Virus record (IMG/VR): IMGVR_UViG_3300044615_000557
Span: 1 to 56,805 of that record
DNA: 56,805 nucleotides
Strand: one strand, 5' to 3'
Source of the DNA: a virus
Lineage: Duplodnaviria; Caudoviricetes
Positions 45,879-56,156 of this stretch are shown one piece after another. The notes under the pieces were generated by a model. The model was not told where the DNA came from and did no database searches. It saw nothing but the letters and a program-made list of their open reading frames with translations. The position numbers were made by a program, and so were the translations under genes. Each line of letters begins with the position of its first letter. Positions within the stretch are counted from its first letter, which is position 1.

Positions 45879-46787
45879 ATGGCACTCTGGAACAACAACA
45901 ATAGAGAAGAATCCAAGCCGACATGGTTGAACAAGATTGACAAGCGGCTTTGCACACGCACATTCCGCGGATGGGAAATGCCGAAGATGGGATCTCTCTT
46001 CGCTTATGGTGCCACGGGGTTCACTGCCACGAATGGAGTTCCTCGTACAGGAGCGATTTTCACCGAACTTCTTGTCGCTCTTCCCAACGATCCAAGTATT
46101 ACTGGGGTCACAAGTTCTTCGTTTGCCGAAAGAGGCAGCGGAGGTCTCGCTCATGCTCAGGGCGGTCAAGGACTCACTGTTGGTAGCGATACCCCCAACT
46201 ATGCTCCTTACTTCACCTGCCCATTCTCGGGAGACGGTCCTACCGCGGGCGGGATTGGCGGAAGCGGTGTTTCGCACGGCTTGTTCACCTATGTTCTCGG
46301 TGCGGGCATCACTCCGGCTTCTCAGCAAGGATATCAGTACGGCGTTGATAAGTTGGGTGTCTCGTCTCTCGGTGGATTGACCGGCGTTACCGCTTACATC
46401 AAGGTTGTCGCCAACGATGCCAACTTCACCAACACCCTGACCATTGGTCTGTCTGGAACCTACAGCGGTTTCAACATCTACACTGGGTCCACCGATCTGA
46501 ACGATAATACCAAGGTTCCCCCGAGAGTGTTTAATGCATTCTTTGGACCCACCGCAACTGACGATAGAAACAACCCATATCGTTACGACAACATCGCGGT
46601 TCTCGTCGCCCACGGCAACACCGCCCACGGACACAAGAACATCAGCCTAAGAGTTGTTGATGGTAGTCTTACCGGATTTACCACATTCAAACTGTCCTTT
46701 GATCGTCCGGCGGGTGCGACCACCAGCGGTCTCGCATCGTTCGGAATCAATGACTACACCTACTACAACTACGACAAGTCCCGCTGA
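45879..46787 (+). CDS. Probable virion structural protein
   Basis: MALW N-terminus, Gly/Thr/Ser-rich beta-type composition, late promoter. Confidence 0.6.
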   Translation: MALWNNNNREESKPTWLNKIDKRLCTRTFRGWEMPKMGSLFAYGATGFTATNGVPRTGAIFTELLVALPNDPSITGVTSSSFAERGSGGLAHAQGGQGLTVGSDTPNYAPYFTCPFSGDGPTAGGIGGSGVSHGLFTYVLGAGITPASQQGYQYGVDKLGVSSLGGLTGVTAYIKVVANDANFTNTLTIGLSGTYSGFNIYTGSTDLNDNTKVPPRVFNAFFGPTATDDRNNPYRYDNIAVLVAHGNTAHGHKNISLRVVDGSLTGFTTFKLSFDRPAGATTSGLASFGINDYTYYNYDKSR

Positions 46788-46801
46788 CCAAAGGGAACCA
46801 C

Positions 46802-47278
46802 ATGAAGAAGTTCAAGGAACTCAGACAACTCGTCAATGAAGCGACCGTGACCATCGGCTCGGGTGTTCGTGTCCAGCCCCTCGCGGGCGACAGCAACGCC
46901 CTTGACGGCGACATCAACCTTTCTTCCTTGACTCCTGCCGCGATCTCCCGCATCAACACCTACCTCGGTGCCATGGCGGCAAAGCCATACATCCATCCGA
47001 TGGAGGCACTCAAGAACGCAAAGGGTCGCCTCCAGATGATCGGTCTGGACTTCCAGATGGGCAAAGACTGCGAGATGCGTCTCAAGGAAGAGGAGGGTCA
47101 CTCCTTCCCTCTCGTCCGCTTCGGTGGGGTGTTTGGTTCGGATGGCACCGAGTATGGGACATCCTATGATGATGGCATCACTCCCAAGTTGGGACACGGA
47201 CTCGCCCTACATGTCCAGACCGCTGTGTTGCCCAACGGGATGACACAGGTTCAGGCACAGATCATACCGACCTCCTGA
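46802..47278 (+). CDS. Hypothetical protein with capsid-targeting-like N-terminus
   Basis: MKKFKELRQLVNE. Confidence 0.7.
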   Translation: MKKFKELRQLVNEATVTIGSGVRVQPLAGDSNALDGDINLSSLTPAAISRINTYLGAMAAKPYIHPMEALKNAKGRLQMIGLDFQMGKDCEMRLKEEEGHSFPLVRFGGVFGSDGTEYGTSYDDGITPKLGHGLALHVQTAVLPNGMTQVQAQIIPTS

Positions 47279-47294
47279 CCCAAACCTCTTCGTC

Positions 47295-47660
47295 ATGACA
47301 GGCGAAAGCCTAACAGAAGAGAACTACATCAGGTATGCCATGAGGCACTACGACAACCCCCATTGCTTGGGGGTTTCGGAGTTTGAGGAAGACTTGTCCC
47401 GCACGATCTACCTCAAGAGGCTCTTTCGGAGATACCAGAAGGAGCGGGTTCTCCGTGACCGTCTCATCCTGAATCACATCATCACCTTCAACAATGTGTT
47501 CGGCGTGGAGGCAGCGAGGAAACTCTTGTTCTTCCGCATAGAATCCGACCTCCACTACATACTCAAGACCTTCTTGGTGTTCTTGGGATACCTGAAGGAC
47601 AGCGACATGACCGACATCGTAATGGACCAGCACATCATAGACCGGCTCAGGAGGATCTAA
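47295..47660 (+). CDS. Conserved T4-like hypothetical protein
   Basis: HYDNP.C...EF.EDL.R..YLKRL..RY...RLILNHII motif. Confidence 0.8.
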   Translation: MTGESLTEENYIRYAMRHYDNPHCLGVSEFEEDLSRTIYLKRLFRRYQKERVLRDRLILNHIITFNNVFGVEAARKLLFFRIESDLHYILKTFLVFLGYLKDSDMTDIVMDQHIIDRLRRI

Positions 47661-48727
47661 TGGCTGTACTCAAGAAATACGATCGTCAGTATCACGACCT
47701 GTACAAGTACAATCCGATGGTTTCTGCCGAACCGAAGTACGACGGCATTCCATTCGCAATCAACCCCGACTGCGAAGCCATCAAGGCAGGTCTGGACTTC
47801 AGCGGCTGTGTCGTTCGCAACCAGCGGTTCAACAACCGCTCATCTCCCAACAACTTTCCGGGCGTTGACTGGTACGACATCAACATGTGGAACAACGGCT
47901 ACTTCGCCGCTGTCCTCATCACCCCAAGACACGCACTGGTTTGTGAACATTACTACAAGACGGTGCCGTCACAGATTCATACGATGAAATGGCTCGGTCG
48001 CAGCGGAATTTTCCACTCGCGTGCCGTTGATAAGACCAAGCCGATGGGCAGCGACCTGCGACTGGTTGAGTTCAAGGAAGATTTCCCCTCGGATGTCAAG
48101 GTCTACAACAGGATCGCCGACATCCGATACATCCCCATCAACAGGGAGTTGTGGATACAGGACGCACAAAATCGCATCTACCGAGTTCTTCATGCGAGAA
48201 CCACCACCAACACGGGCAAACTTGACGGCGACCCGACGGGATGGTCTTCCAAGACATACCTTGATGGTCCGGAGGGATACAACCAAGGGTTCTACCAGTA
48301 CGGAAACTCCGCTGTAAATCCAAGCGTATTTCCAGGAGACAGCGGTTCTCCCACATTTGTGCTTGACGAAGGTGAGACAATTCTGGTCGGTCTCGCTTTC
48401 GGCGGATCGTTCATCAGCCCCAAGATGCTTGACTCCCTAAAATACGAAACCGGCAACAGATATCCGCTGGAACTCGTAAAGGTGTCCGCGAAGAAGTCCG
48501 ATGTCAATCAGGACGGCAGCGTTGATGCAGCCGATCTCGGTGAACTGTCTGGAGCATGGGGAACATCCAACCCCAAGTATGATCTCAACGGCGATGGCGT
48601 GGTTGACGCGATGGACATGACCATTCTACAGGCGGATTGGGGCTACTACGGATTGACGCACTCGGTCTACACACCGCCAGTCGCACCGCCTTTGCCGATC
48701 ACCCCACCGAAGGATGTCAAGCGATGA
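47660..48727 (+). CDS. Trypsin-like serine protease with C-terminal dockerin/EF-hand repeats
   Basis: AVLITPRHALVCEH, GDSGSP; DVNQDGSVDAADLG..GAWG and DLNGDGVVDAMD..ADWG. Confidence 0.75.
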   Translation: MAVLKKYDRQYHDLYKYNPMVSAEPKYDGIPFAINPDCEAIKAGLDFSGCVVRNQRFNNRSSPNNFPGVDWYDINMWNNGYFAAVLITPRHALVCEHYYKTVPSQIHTMKWLGRSGIFHSRAVDKTKPMGSDLRLVEFKEDFPSDVKVYNRIADIRYIPINRELWIQDAQNRIYRVLHARTTTNTGKLDGDPTGWSSKTYLDGPEGYNQGFYQYGNSAVNPSVFPGDSGSPTFVLDEGETILVGLAFGGSFISPKMLDSLKYETGNRYPLELVKVSAKKSDVNQDGSVDAADLGELSGAWGTSNPKYDLNGDGVVDAMDMTILQADWGYYGLTHSVYTPPVAPPLPITPPKDVKR

Positions 48728-49368
48728 TAAGAGAGTACTTCAAGTGGAAGTTCAATGAACTCATGACCACCGATTGGGTGGAGATGCCCGCTTACAAGTT
48801 GGGCATCATCAGCGAGCAAGGCAAGATCCTGCGCACGCGAGACACCCTCCAGACCGAGGAGGAGATCCGTGCGTATCCAAGCATGTTCTACACCCTCTGC
48901 TGGAACATAAGAAATCTGATGGAGCAGGGAGAGAAGAAGTCGGTTATCGGACCATTGGTCAACACGATCTTTGCCATGCACCAGTTCTGTCATGAGGTGG
49001 GCAGAGAGGACATTGACGAACTGGTCACCGAGGAGGTTGAGCGTCGTGGGCTTTCCTCCCGATTCGTCTGCGAGGAGCCGGAGTACAAGTCCATTGAGCC
49101 GGGCGACTACATCATCCGAGGTCGCAAGGTTCGCATAGAGACCCCGCTGTTCCCCTGTGAGGAGTACTTCGGGCATCCCGTCTACCGCATTGACCGGATG
49201 GTCTTTGTGCTTGAGGATGTCAAGGAGGACGCTCCAGTCAACGCCGTCGGTCACGGGAACATCGCAGGTGTGTCGCCGGGACAGGAGCCGCCGGGCAAGC
49301 GTGGTCTGTATTTCTACCGAAACAAGAAGAAGACCAAGGAACTCAAGCGGCGCACGGGCAACCTGTGA
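48724..49368 (+). CDS. Conserved T4-like hypothetical protein
   Basis: W..MPAYKLGII...G.IL and EDAPVNAVG.GNIAG motifs; ATGA-coupled. Confidence 0.7.
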   Translation: MIREYFKWKFNELMTTDWVEMPAYKLGIISEQGKILRTRDTLQTEEEIRAYPSMFYTLCWNIRNLMEQGEKKSVIGPLVNTIFAMHQFCHEVGREDIDELVTEEVERRGLSSRFVCEEPEYKSIEPGDYIIRGRKVRIETPLFPCEEYFGHPVYRIDRMVFVLEDVKEDAPVNAVGHGNIAGVSPGQEPPGKRGLYFYRNKKKTKELKRRTGNL

Positions 49369-49487
49369 TGGTCGCTATGTATACGCGAATCGTCGCCGTT
49401 TTCAGGGAAATTCCGAGAATTTTAAAGTCGTGTTTGTGGATGTGATCCGAACTTATAAAACATGACTCGGTTTCATAACTTGAACGC

Positions 49488-49516
49488 TTGACTCGGCTCC
49501 GAACCGGCTGTATACT
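49488..49516 (+). promoter_or_regulatory. sigma70-type promoter of primase
   Basis: TTGACT-17-TATACT. Confidence 0.7.
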
Positions 49517-49527
49517 CCCTCCAAACC

Positions 49528-50583
49528 ATGTCCGGATACATTGACACCAAGTTCATCAACATGCTGTCTCCACGCCTTGAGAGGTTCAAGTGGAAGAAGC
49601 AGGGTCTTGCCGTCTGCCGTTGTCCCGTCTGCGGCGACAGCGAGAAGGTCAAGAGCAAGACTCGGTTTTACATCTACGAGCGGGGTGGCAATCACTTCTG
49701 CAAGTGCCACAACTGCGGGTTCAGTTCCTTGTTCGGGACGCTACTGCGGAAGATGGACGAGGCACTCTACCGCCAGTATCGGATGGAGACCCTCAAGGAA
49801 GGCTCCTCCGTCCTCACGCCCACGCACGCGCGTACGCACGCACCCGCCCCCGCACGCACGCGGGAGAAGCCCAAGGACGAACTCCTGACACTGCTGCCAT
49901 CGCTGGACACGCTGCCGAAGGACCACCCTGCCGTCCGTTGGGCGGAGTCCAGAAGGTTGCCTGTCGCAGCCATGTCGCTGCTCTACTACTCGGACAACTA
50001 CGGCGAGTGGGCAACGAGAGTTGACCCCGATGTGAAGGCGGGAGATGATCCACGAATCGTCATACCCATCATCAACAAGGACGGCAAACTGACCGGCTCA
50101 CAAGGACGGATTCTGCCGAAACTGGCCGTCTCAGAAGGACAGAAGCCGAACCGGTCTGTCATCCGCTACCTGACCATCAAGGCAGATAAGGACGGACCGA
50201 AGCAGTGGTATGGCATGGACCGATGTGACCCCAAGCAGCCGGTGTTTGTGGTGGAAGGCCCGCTGGACAGCCTGTTCCTTCCCAACTGCGTTGCGATGGT
50301 TGGCCTGTCGGATGCCTTGAGCATCCCACCCGAACTGAAGGACTCCAAACTCATCTATGCCCTTGACAATGAGCCTCGCAACGCCGAGGTGGTGGAGTCA
50401 ATGGAGGAACTCCTTGACGCGGGACATCATGTGTGCGTGTGGTCGGACAAGATGCGTGGCATGAAGGACATCAACGACATGGTGCTGTCCGGCATGTCTG
50501 CCGCGACCATCGCAAGGGAGATAGAAAGAAACTCGCATGTCGGACTTTCCGGCATGGTCGCTCTCAAGAGATGGTCTAAATAG
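49528..50583 (+). CDS. gp61: DNA primase
   Basis: RCPVCGDS..K.R, CHNCG Zn finger; VEGPLDS, DNEPRN, KDIND Toprim motifs. Confidence 0.95.
   Translation: MSGYIDTKFINMLSPRLERFKWKKQGLAVCRCPVCGDSEKVKSKTRFYIYERGGNHFCKCHNCGFSSLFGTLLRKMDEALYRQYRMETLKEGSSVLTPTHARTHAPAPARTREKPKDELLTLLPSLDTLPKDHPAVRWAESRRLPVAAMSLLYYSDNYGEWATRVDPDVKAGDDPRIVIPIINKDGKLTGSQGRILPKLAVSEGQKPNRSVIRYLTIKADKDGPKQWYGMDRCDPKQPVFVVEGPLDSLFLPNCVAMVGLSDALSIPPELKDSKLIYALDNEPRNAEVVESMEELLDAGHHVCVWSDKMRGMKDINDMVLSGMSAATIAREIERNSHVGLSGMVALKRWSK
50576..50582 (+). promoter_or_regulatory. Late promoter CTAAATA
   Basis: Upstream of GGAGG RBS and ATG 50599. Confidence 0.6.
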
Positions 50584-50598
50584 GTTCGGAGGTTCATC

Positions 50599-50850
50599 AT
50601 GGACAACGAAGAAGATAATGTAGAAGTGGAAGTTGAGACACCCGAGCAAGAGACGCAAGAGCAGCCGTCACTCGCATCGGAAGTGATTGACATGGTCATG
50701 GACGGCAACGCGAGCGATGCGAAGGATGCCATCTACGGCTTGCTGTACCAGAAGGTCGGCGAGCGGATTGACTCGCTGAAGGCGGATGCCCGCGTCAACA
50801 AGTGGTCAGCCGAAGAGACACCGAGCGAGTCGGAACCAGAGCAGAACTGA
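50599..50850 (+). CDS. Small acidic late protein (possible prohead-core-like)
   Basis: 83 aa, Glu-rich, late promoter. Confidence 0.6.
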   Translation: MDNEEDNVEVEVETPEQETQEQPSLASEVIDMVMDGNASDAKDAIYGLLYQKVGERIDSLKADARVNKWSAEETPSESEPEQN

Positions 50851-50874
50851 CATTCAGAAAGTGAAGTCTTCATC

Positions 50875-51768
50875 ATGATCAGTATTGAGACGCATCGCAA
50901 TCTCTATCGGGCAGAGACCAACGAGGACATCAAGGCTTCCCTTGATTATGCCAAGTCCATTCCTGTTCCCGAAAGCAAAGAACCCGTAACCTTCCATTTC
51001 TACTGGAGGGTTCCGAAAGAATTCGGCAGGAAACAAGTTCTCCCGATCAAGTCGGCAATCGTCACTCAAGACTTGTCTAGAACCAAGATCATCCTGTGGT
51101 CAAACATTGACTTGAGCAGGAACAAGTTTGTTCAGCCCCTGCTGCCATACATCCAGACCAAAATCTGGAACCCTGTCAATGAATCCGTCGGGACTCCACT
51201 GGAAGGGTCAAGCATCTTCAGGGGAACGATTGATGACCCGAGGTGTTACTTAGGCGGAGACCTTTTCCGTCTCCTATGCCTCTACAAGTATGGGGGAGTC
51301 TACATTGACATGGACATGGTCGTGCTGCGGGACTTCTCTCCCATCCTGTCTCACGAATTCATGTATCAATGGGGAACCTCCGGCTGGAGCCAATCCGAAC
51401 CGTTCATTTTTGCGAACGGAGCGGCGATGAGACTGAAGAGCCAAAGCAAGTTGGCTCGCGATTTGCTGGAGGAAGTTCAGAGAACCAGCCCACAGCCGAA
51501 CAGCACATCATGGGGCAAGGATCTTTACATGAAAGTACGCGAGAGGAACAAGGACTACCTGATTCTTCCTTGTACATGGTTCAACACGGAGTGGTGCTCT
51601 GCGGTAGGTGATTGGCATCCCTTCATCAAATCAGATCAGAGCAATCACCTGTATGATGGTGCCTTCACATGGCACTGGCACAACCGATGGGATCATCCGA
51701 TTGAGGATGGGTGTAAGTTTCAAATACTGGAGAAGATGGTAGAGGACAAGTTCCTCGCCATGAAGTGA
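50875..51768 (+). CDS. DXD glycosyltransferase (GT32-like)
   Basis: FHFYW, DLFRLL.LYKYGGVYIDMD, WHWHN motifs. Confidence 0.85.
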   Translation: MISIETHRNLYRAETNEDIKASLDYAKSIPVPESKEPVTFHFYWRVPKEFGRKQVLPIKSAIVTQDLSRTKIILWSNIDLSRNKFVQPLLPYIQTKIWNPVNESVGTPLEGSSIFRGTIDDPRCYLGGDLFRLLCLYKYGGVYIDMDMVVLRDFSPILSHEFMYQWGTSGWSQSEPFIFANGAAMRLKSQSKLARDLLEEVQRTSPQPNSTSWGKDLYMKVRERNKDYLILPCTWFNTEWCSAVGDWHPFIKSDQSNHLYDGAFTWHWHNRWDHPIEDGCKFQILEKMVEDKFLAMK

Positions 51769-51775
51769 GGTCATC

Positions 51776-52573
51776 ATGATTACACAAGTCAAGGATGTCC
51801 CCGTGCTTGACGCGGGGCATGTTCAGTATGTCACACACATGGGCGATGACCTGATGGTGGTCAACGCAGCCCGTGTGTCTTTCGCCAAGGAATCGGAATT
51901 TGACTACGACATCAAGGAAGAGATTGATGTTGATGGGCGATCCGTAACCGAGCACAAACACAATTTCAGGTTGAAGGAAAGGGACAAGAAACTCATTTCT
52001 TATCTCGCGAAGCACAACCACTGGACTCCGTTCGCCCATCCCCAGATCACGCTTCGCATCAAGGCACCGATCTCCATCCGCACGCAACTCTTCAAGCACA
52101 AGGTCGGCTTCGTGGAGAACGAGGTGAGCCGTCGTTATGTGAAGGACGAGCCGGAGTATTACATGCCGAACTGGAGATCGGCACCGACCGACGGGGCGAA
52201 GCAGGGCAGTTCGGGCTTCATGGACAAGACCGACCATCCCGTGAACAGGATGCTGAGGGATGCCGACTATCGGCAGGTCTGTAACATGGCCATCATCCGA
52301 TACAACACCATGATTGATGAGGGTGTCGCCCCCGAGCAGGCACGCTTCATCCTGCCGCAGGGAATGTATACCGAGTGGTGGTGGACGGGAAGCCTCTCCG
52401 CCTACGCCCGCGTCTACAGGCAGCGTTCGGACCCGCATGCCCAGTGGGAAGTGCGTCAGTATGCCGATGCGATTTCCGCCATCATTGAGCCGCTTTTTCC
52501 GGTGTCGTGGAAAGTTCTCTGTGGTTCCGAGATTGAGGTCAGCACTCCTGAGCCTGCCCTAAATAAGTCGTAA
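51776..52573 (+). CDS. thyX: FAD-dependent thymidylate synthase
   Basis: VNAARVSF, HWTPF.H, KHK.GF.ENEVSRRY, PEQAR.ILP, HAQWE motifs. Confidence 0.95.
   Translation: MITQVKDVPVLDAGHVQYVTHMGDDLMVVNAARVSFAKESEFDYDIKEEIDVDGRSVTEHKHNFRLKERDKKLISYLAKHNHWTPFAHPQITLRIKAPISIRTQLFKHKVGFVENEVSRRYVKDEPEYYMPNWRSAPTDGAKQGSSGFMDKTDHPVNRMLRDADYRQVCNMAIIRYNTMIDEGVAPEQARFILPQGMYTEWWWTGSLSAYARVYRQRSDPHAQWEVRQYADAISAIIEPLFPVSWKVLCGSEIEVSTPEPALNKS
52559..52565 (+). promoter_or_regulatory. Late promoter CTAAATA
   Basis: Upstream of the collagen-like gene. Confidence 0.55.
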
Positions 52574-52597
52574 TCCACCCTCCCCCGTGGCTATACG

Positions 52598-55500
52598 ATG
52601 GCACATAGGTTTAACGAGTTCATCAATGCCCCCGATCCCAATGTTGAGTTCGCCCGCCTGAGCGAGGGTGTTCCCCATGGGACAAATATCATTCTTGTCC
52701 GACCCCTCATGGGACATGAGCCGGGCGATGTCTTCACATGCGCTCCCGCGAGCGCGTGCGCGGGCGCGAAGTGCTACACCTACAGGGGCATCGGGGAAGC
52801 ATACCTTCTTGACCCGAACGGCGAGCCGATCGTACTCAAGGGCGGACCGAACATCCTTGACGAGTCGTTCGTTCTTGAGAGCGATAGACCGAAACCCGAA
52901 CCCGTGGTTCAACGCAACGAGGTCATGCGACAGCCGGAACCCAAGCCCATCGTGGAAGCCCGTGTGACTCAGGGTCCAAGGGGAGAGAGGGGCGAGGACG
53001 GCATCCCCGGCATCCGTGGTCCCAAGGGTCCGAAGGGTGACAAGGGAGACGCAGGAGAGCGTGGACTACAGGGACCGCAGGGTGAACGGGGAGAGCAGGG
53101 ACCGCAGGGAGAGAAGGGTGATCGTGGACTCCAAGGACCGCCGGGAATACGCGGGGAAAGGGGCGAGCGTGGAGAGAAAGGCGAAGCCGGAGAGAAGGGG
53201 GAAAAGGGAGAGGCGGGACCACAGGGCATCCAAGGCGAGCGGGGACTTCAAGGACTCGCAGGGGAAAAGGGAGAGAAGGGTGAGAAAGGAGATTCCGGTC
53301 CACAGGGATCGCGGGGTGAAGCGGGTGCCCGAGGAGAAAGAGGAGAGAAGGGCGACAAGGGAGATGCCGGTGAAAGGGGAGAAGCCGGTCCCGCGGGACC
53401 ACAAGGGTCCGTTGGACCTGCGGGCAATGTGGGTCCGCAGGGCAAGGCAGGTCCGCGAGGAGCAAAGGGCGAGAAGGGCGAAAGAGGATCAGCGGGTCCG
53501 CAAGGAGAGCAGGGATCGGTAGGACCGGCTGGACCCGAAGGACCGCAGGGACCGAAGGGTGAGACCGGCGACAGCGGCATCGTCTCCGCCCAGTATCCCC
53601 TGAAGTATGACAAGGACAAAAAGCGTCTTTCCATTGACCTATCAAAGATAAAGCCGACAGGTGCGGCTGGCGGTCCCATTCTCTATGACGGCGGCGGCGG
53701 TCTCGGCGAGGCGTTCAAGTTCGTCTCGGTGTCGGGTCAATCGGGACTGACGGCGGTCCAGTATGACAAGGAGACGCTGACCTTCGTCGCGGGTTCCAAT
53801 GTCACTCTCACGACAAATCCCGACGCAAACTCAATCACCATCGCGAGTTCCGGTGGTGGTGGAGGAGGAGGACCGGGGTATTGGGGTTCATTCTGGTCAA
53901 CCGAGGACCAGATTGCCGCGACCGCCAACTACGAATACCTGATCACATACAACAACACGGATCCGGACTCGTCCGGTGTCGGCATCACCAACGGAAGCCA
54001 AGTCAAGTTCACGAACGCGGGCGTATACAGCATCATCTACTCCGTCCAGTTTGTCAATACCAGCAATCAGATTACAGATGCTAACATTTGGCTGAAGAAA
54101 AACGGAACCAATTTTCCAGACAGTGACAGCAAATGGAGCGTCGTATCAAGACATGGTAGTATTAATGGACATGCCATCGGAAGCGTCAACTATGTCCTGA
54201 AACTGAACGCAGGTGACTACCTTGAGTTGGCATGGCAAACTACAGACCCAAGCCTTTCGATTGAAGCACTTCCGGCAGAAGGTGTGGCACCGGCAATCCC
54301 CTCAATCATCCTGACGGCAACGCAGGTCGCAAACACTCTTGTGGGTGCGACGGGCAACACGGGACCGACAGGTGCTGCCGGTCCCACGGGCGCAAGAGGA
54401 ACGACCGGCAACGGAGTGACTGGATTTGCCGTCGTTGACAACTACCTCCGATACTGGTACATGGGTCCGACCGGAGCGACACTCGGCGAGTACCAGAACG
54501 CGGGGTATGTTGGTGGTGGTGGAGGCGGTGGAGGGATTGGACCCACAGGACCGACAGGACCGCAAGGCAACACGGGACCGACGGGACCACAAGGTCCGCA
54601 GGGAGACCCCGGTGTCGGCATTCAAGGAAACACGGGCAACACAGGACCAACAGGACCGCAGGGACCGATTGGTCCTACGGGTAACACCGGAGATACGGGA
54701 CCGCAAGGCAACACAGGATCAACTGGTAACACCGGAGATACGGGACCACAAGGACCGACAGGTAACACGGGACCGACAGGACCGCAGGGCAACACCGGAC
54801 CGACGGGACCGATGGGTTCCTTCACCGGCGACTATGTCTCGTCCATCAACGGCTTGACGGGAGCGATAACAGGAGTCGTTCGCTTCACCTCGTCCCTGAC
54901 GGCACCGACAGGGGTGAGCGTAGGACACAAGTGGTTTGACGAGGCATCCGGCACCGAGTTCACCTACATCTATGATGGCGACACATATCAGTGGGTGGAC
55001 ATCTCAGGTGGTGGAGGGAACGGAGGAACACAATCCACGGATCCGCTCTATCTGCTTGACCCCACGAAAGTCCAGTGGATTCATAGCATCTTCCCCGCAG
55101 GCACCGCAAACGGAATTCTTCCCTTCGCAGTAAGCACCAGCGGAACATATGTTGGCGGGAACATCGGAAACAACTTCTATAACACCGATGCCGCGAGTAT
55201 CAAGAGATACGGACAGGCGAGAATAACACAAACAGCAGCAAACTCCGTGACTGGAGCATCATATTTTCTGGGAACTCCGATGGCGAACATAAATCTGATG
55301 CTCGGAGTGACAGGAACTACATGTTCATTCCTCACGGGAACAAGAATGTCACACCAATCCACCGGATCGGCTCCATACCTTCTCAGAGCCGGTTTCATGG
55401 ACAATACATCCGGAGGAGGAGTGGTAGATGGTGCTTGGTTTGAATATACCCACACGGTCAACGGAGGAAGATGGTACTGCTATGCCAACAGAGGCAATGA

Positions 55501-55774
55501 GGTGACCGGCGGATTTGATACTGGTATCACTTTCGTCGGCAACACATGGTATGACCTCAAGGTCGTGGTGGGAAGAGATGCCAACAGCACTCCCATCGCA
55601 AGATACTACATCAACGGGACGAGTGTCGGTTCTTTGACCGATGGTTCTATTCCGGTAGGACTTCAACGAGACACTAGTGCGGGATGGATGAAGTATCGGA
55701 CAGGAACAGGTGCGGGATTGACAGCCGACCTTGACTACATGACCGTGATAATAGAAGGAGACATTTTGACATGA
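52598..55774 (+). CDS. Collagen-like fibre/virion appendage protein
   Basis: Long Gly-X-Y runs, a beta-sandwich middle domain and a lectin-like C-terminal domain. Confidence 0.85.
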   Translation: MAHRFNEFINAPDPNVEFARLSEGVPHGTNIILVRPLMGHEPGDVFTCAPASACAGAKCYTYRGIGEAYLLDPNGEPIVLKGGPNILDESFVLESDRPKPEPVVQRNEVMRQPEPKPIVEARVTQGPRGERGEDGIPGIRGPKGPKGDKGDAGERGLQGPQGERGEQGPQGEKGDRGLQGPPGIRGERGERGEKGEAGEKGEKGEAGPQGIQGERGLQGLAGEKGEKGEKGDSGPQGSRGEAGARGERGEKGDKGDAGERGEAGPAGPQGSVGPAGNVGPQGKAGPRGAKGEKGERGSAGPQGEQGSVGPAGPEGPQGPKGETGDSGIVSAQYPLKYDKDKKRLSIDLSKIKPTGAAGGPILYDGGGGLGEAFKFVSVSGQSGLTAVQYDKETLTFVAGSNVTLTTNPDANSITIASSGGGGGGGPGYWGSFWSTEDQIAATANYEYLITYNNTDPDSSGVGITNGSQVKFTNAGVYSIIYSVQFVNTSNQITDANIWLKKNGTNFPDSDSKWSVVSRHGSINGHAIGSVNYVLKLNAGDYLELAWQTTDPSLSIEALPAEGVAPAIPSIILTATQVANTLVGATGNTGPTGAAGPTGARGTTGNGVTGFAVVDNYLRYWYMGPTGATLGEYQNAGYVGGGGGGGGIGPTGPTGPQGNTGPTGPQGPQGDPGVGIQGNTGNTGPTGPQGPIGPTGNTGDTGPQGNTGSTGNTGDTGPQGPTGNTGPTGPQGNTGPTGPMGSFTGDYVSSINGLTGAITGVVRFTSSLTAPTGVSVGHKWFDEASGTEFTYIYDGDTYQWVDISGGGGNGGTQSTDPLYLLDPTKVQWIHSIFPAGTANGILPFAVSTSGTYVGGNIGNNFYNTDAASIKRYGQARITQTAANSVTGASYFLGTPMANINLMLGVTGTTCSFLTGTRMSHQSTGSAPYLLRAGFMDNTSGGGVVDGAWFEYTHTVNGGRWYCYANRGNEVTGGFDTGITFVGNTWYDLKVVVGRDANSTPIARYYINGTSVGSLTDGSIPVGLQRDTSAGWMKYRTGTGAGLTADLDYMTVIIEGDILT
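52972..53577 (+). repeat. Collagen (Gly-X-Y)n coding repeat, charged type
   Basis: GPQ/GER/GEK triplets. Confidence 0.85.
54531..54816 (+). repeat. Collagen (GPT/GNT/GPQ)n coding repeat
   Basis: Degenerate GGACCGACA/GGCAACACG 9-nt units. Confidence 0.85.
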
Positions 55775-56148
55775 ACATCAGATACGCCAGATTGAGTCCA
55801 GAAAGAGTGGTAGAGCAGATATTCAACGAAAGACCACAGGAGGGAGATTGCATCAAGATTCCCGATGGTCTCGCATGTCATGTCGGTTGGGTTCACGATG
55901 GCATGGCTTACATTCCTCCTCGCTGGACCTCCTATCAGTTCCTACTTCGTCTGACCGCACAAGAAAGAATGACCATCCGGCAACTCGCCGCCACAGACCC
56001 CAATGTCGCCGACTTCCTGATGCTCGCCCAGTCAGCACAGGAGGTTGTCTCCACGGACCCCATGACGCTCGCGGGCATGAACTACATGGTCTCGGTAGGG
56101 GTCTTCACCGAACAACGCAAGAACGAGGTACTCGGACTTCCTGAGTAA
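55771..56148 (+). CDS. Fibre-associated small protein (possible assembly chaperone)
   Basis: ATGA-coupled to the fibre gene; QFLLRLT..ER..I motif. Confidence 0.6.
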   Translation: MNIRYARLSPERVVEQIFNERPQEGDCIKIPDGLACHVGWVHDGMAYIPPRWTSYQFLLRLTAQERMTIRQLAATDPNVADFLMLAQSAQEVVSTDPMTLAGMNYMVSVGVFTEQRKNEVLGLPE

Positions 56149-56156
56149 ATACAGAT

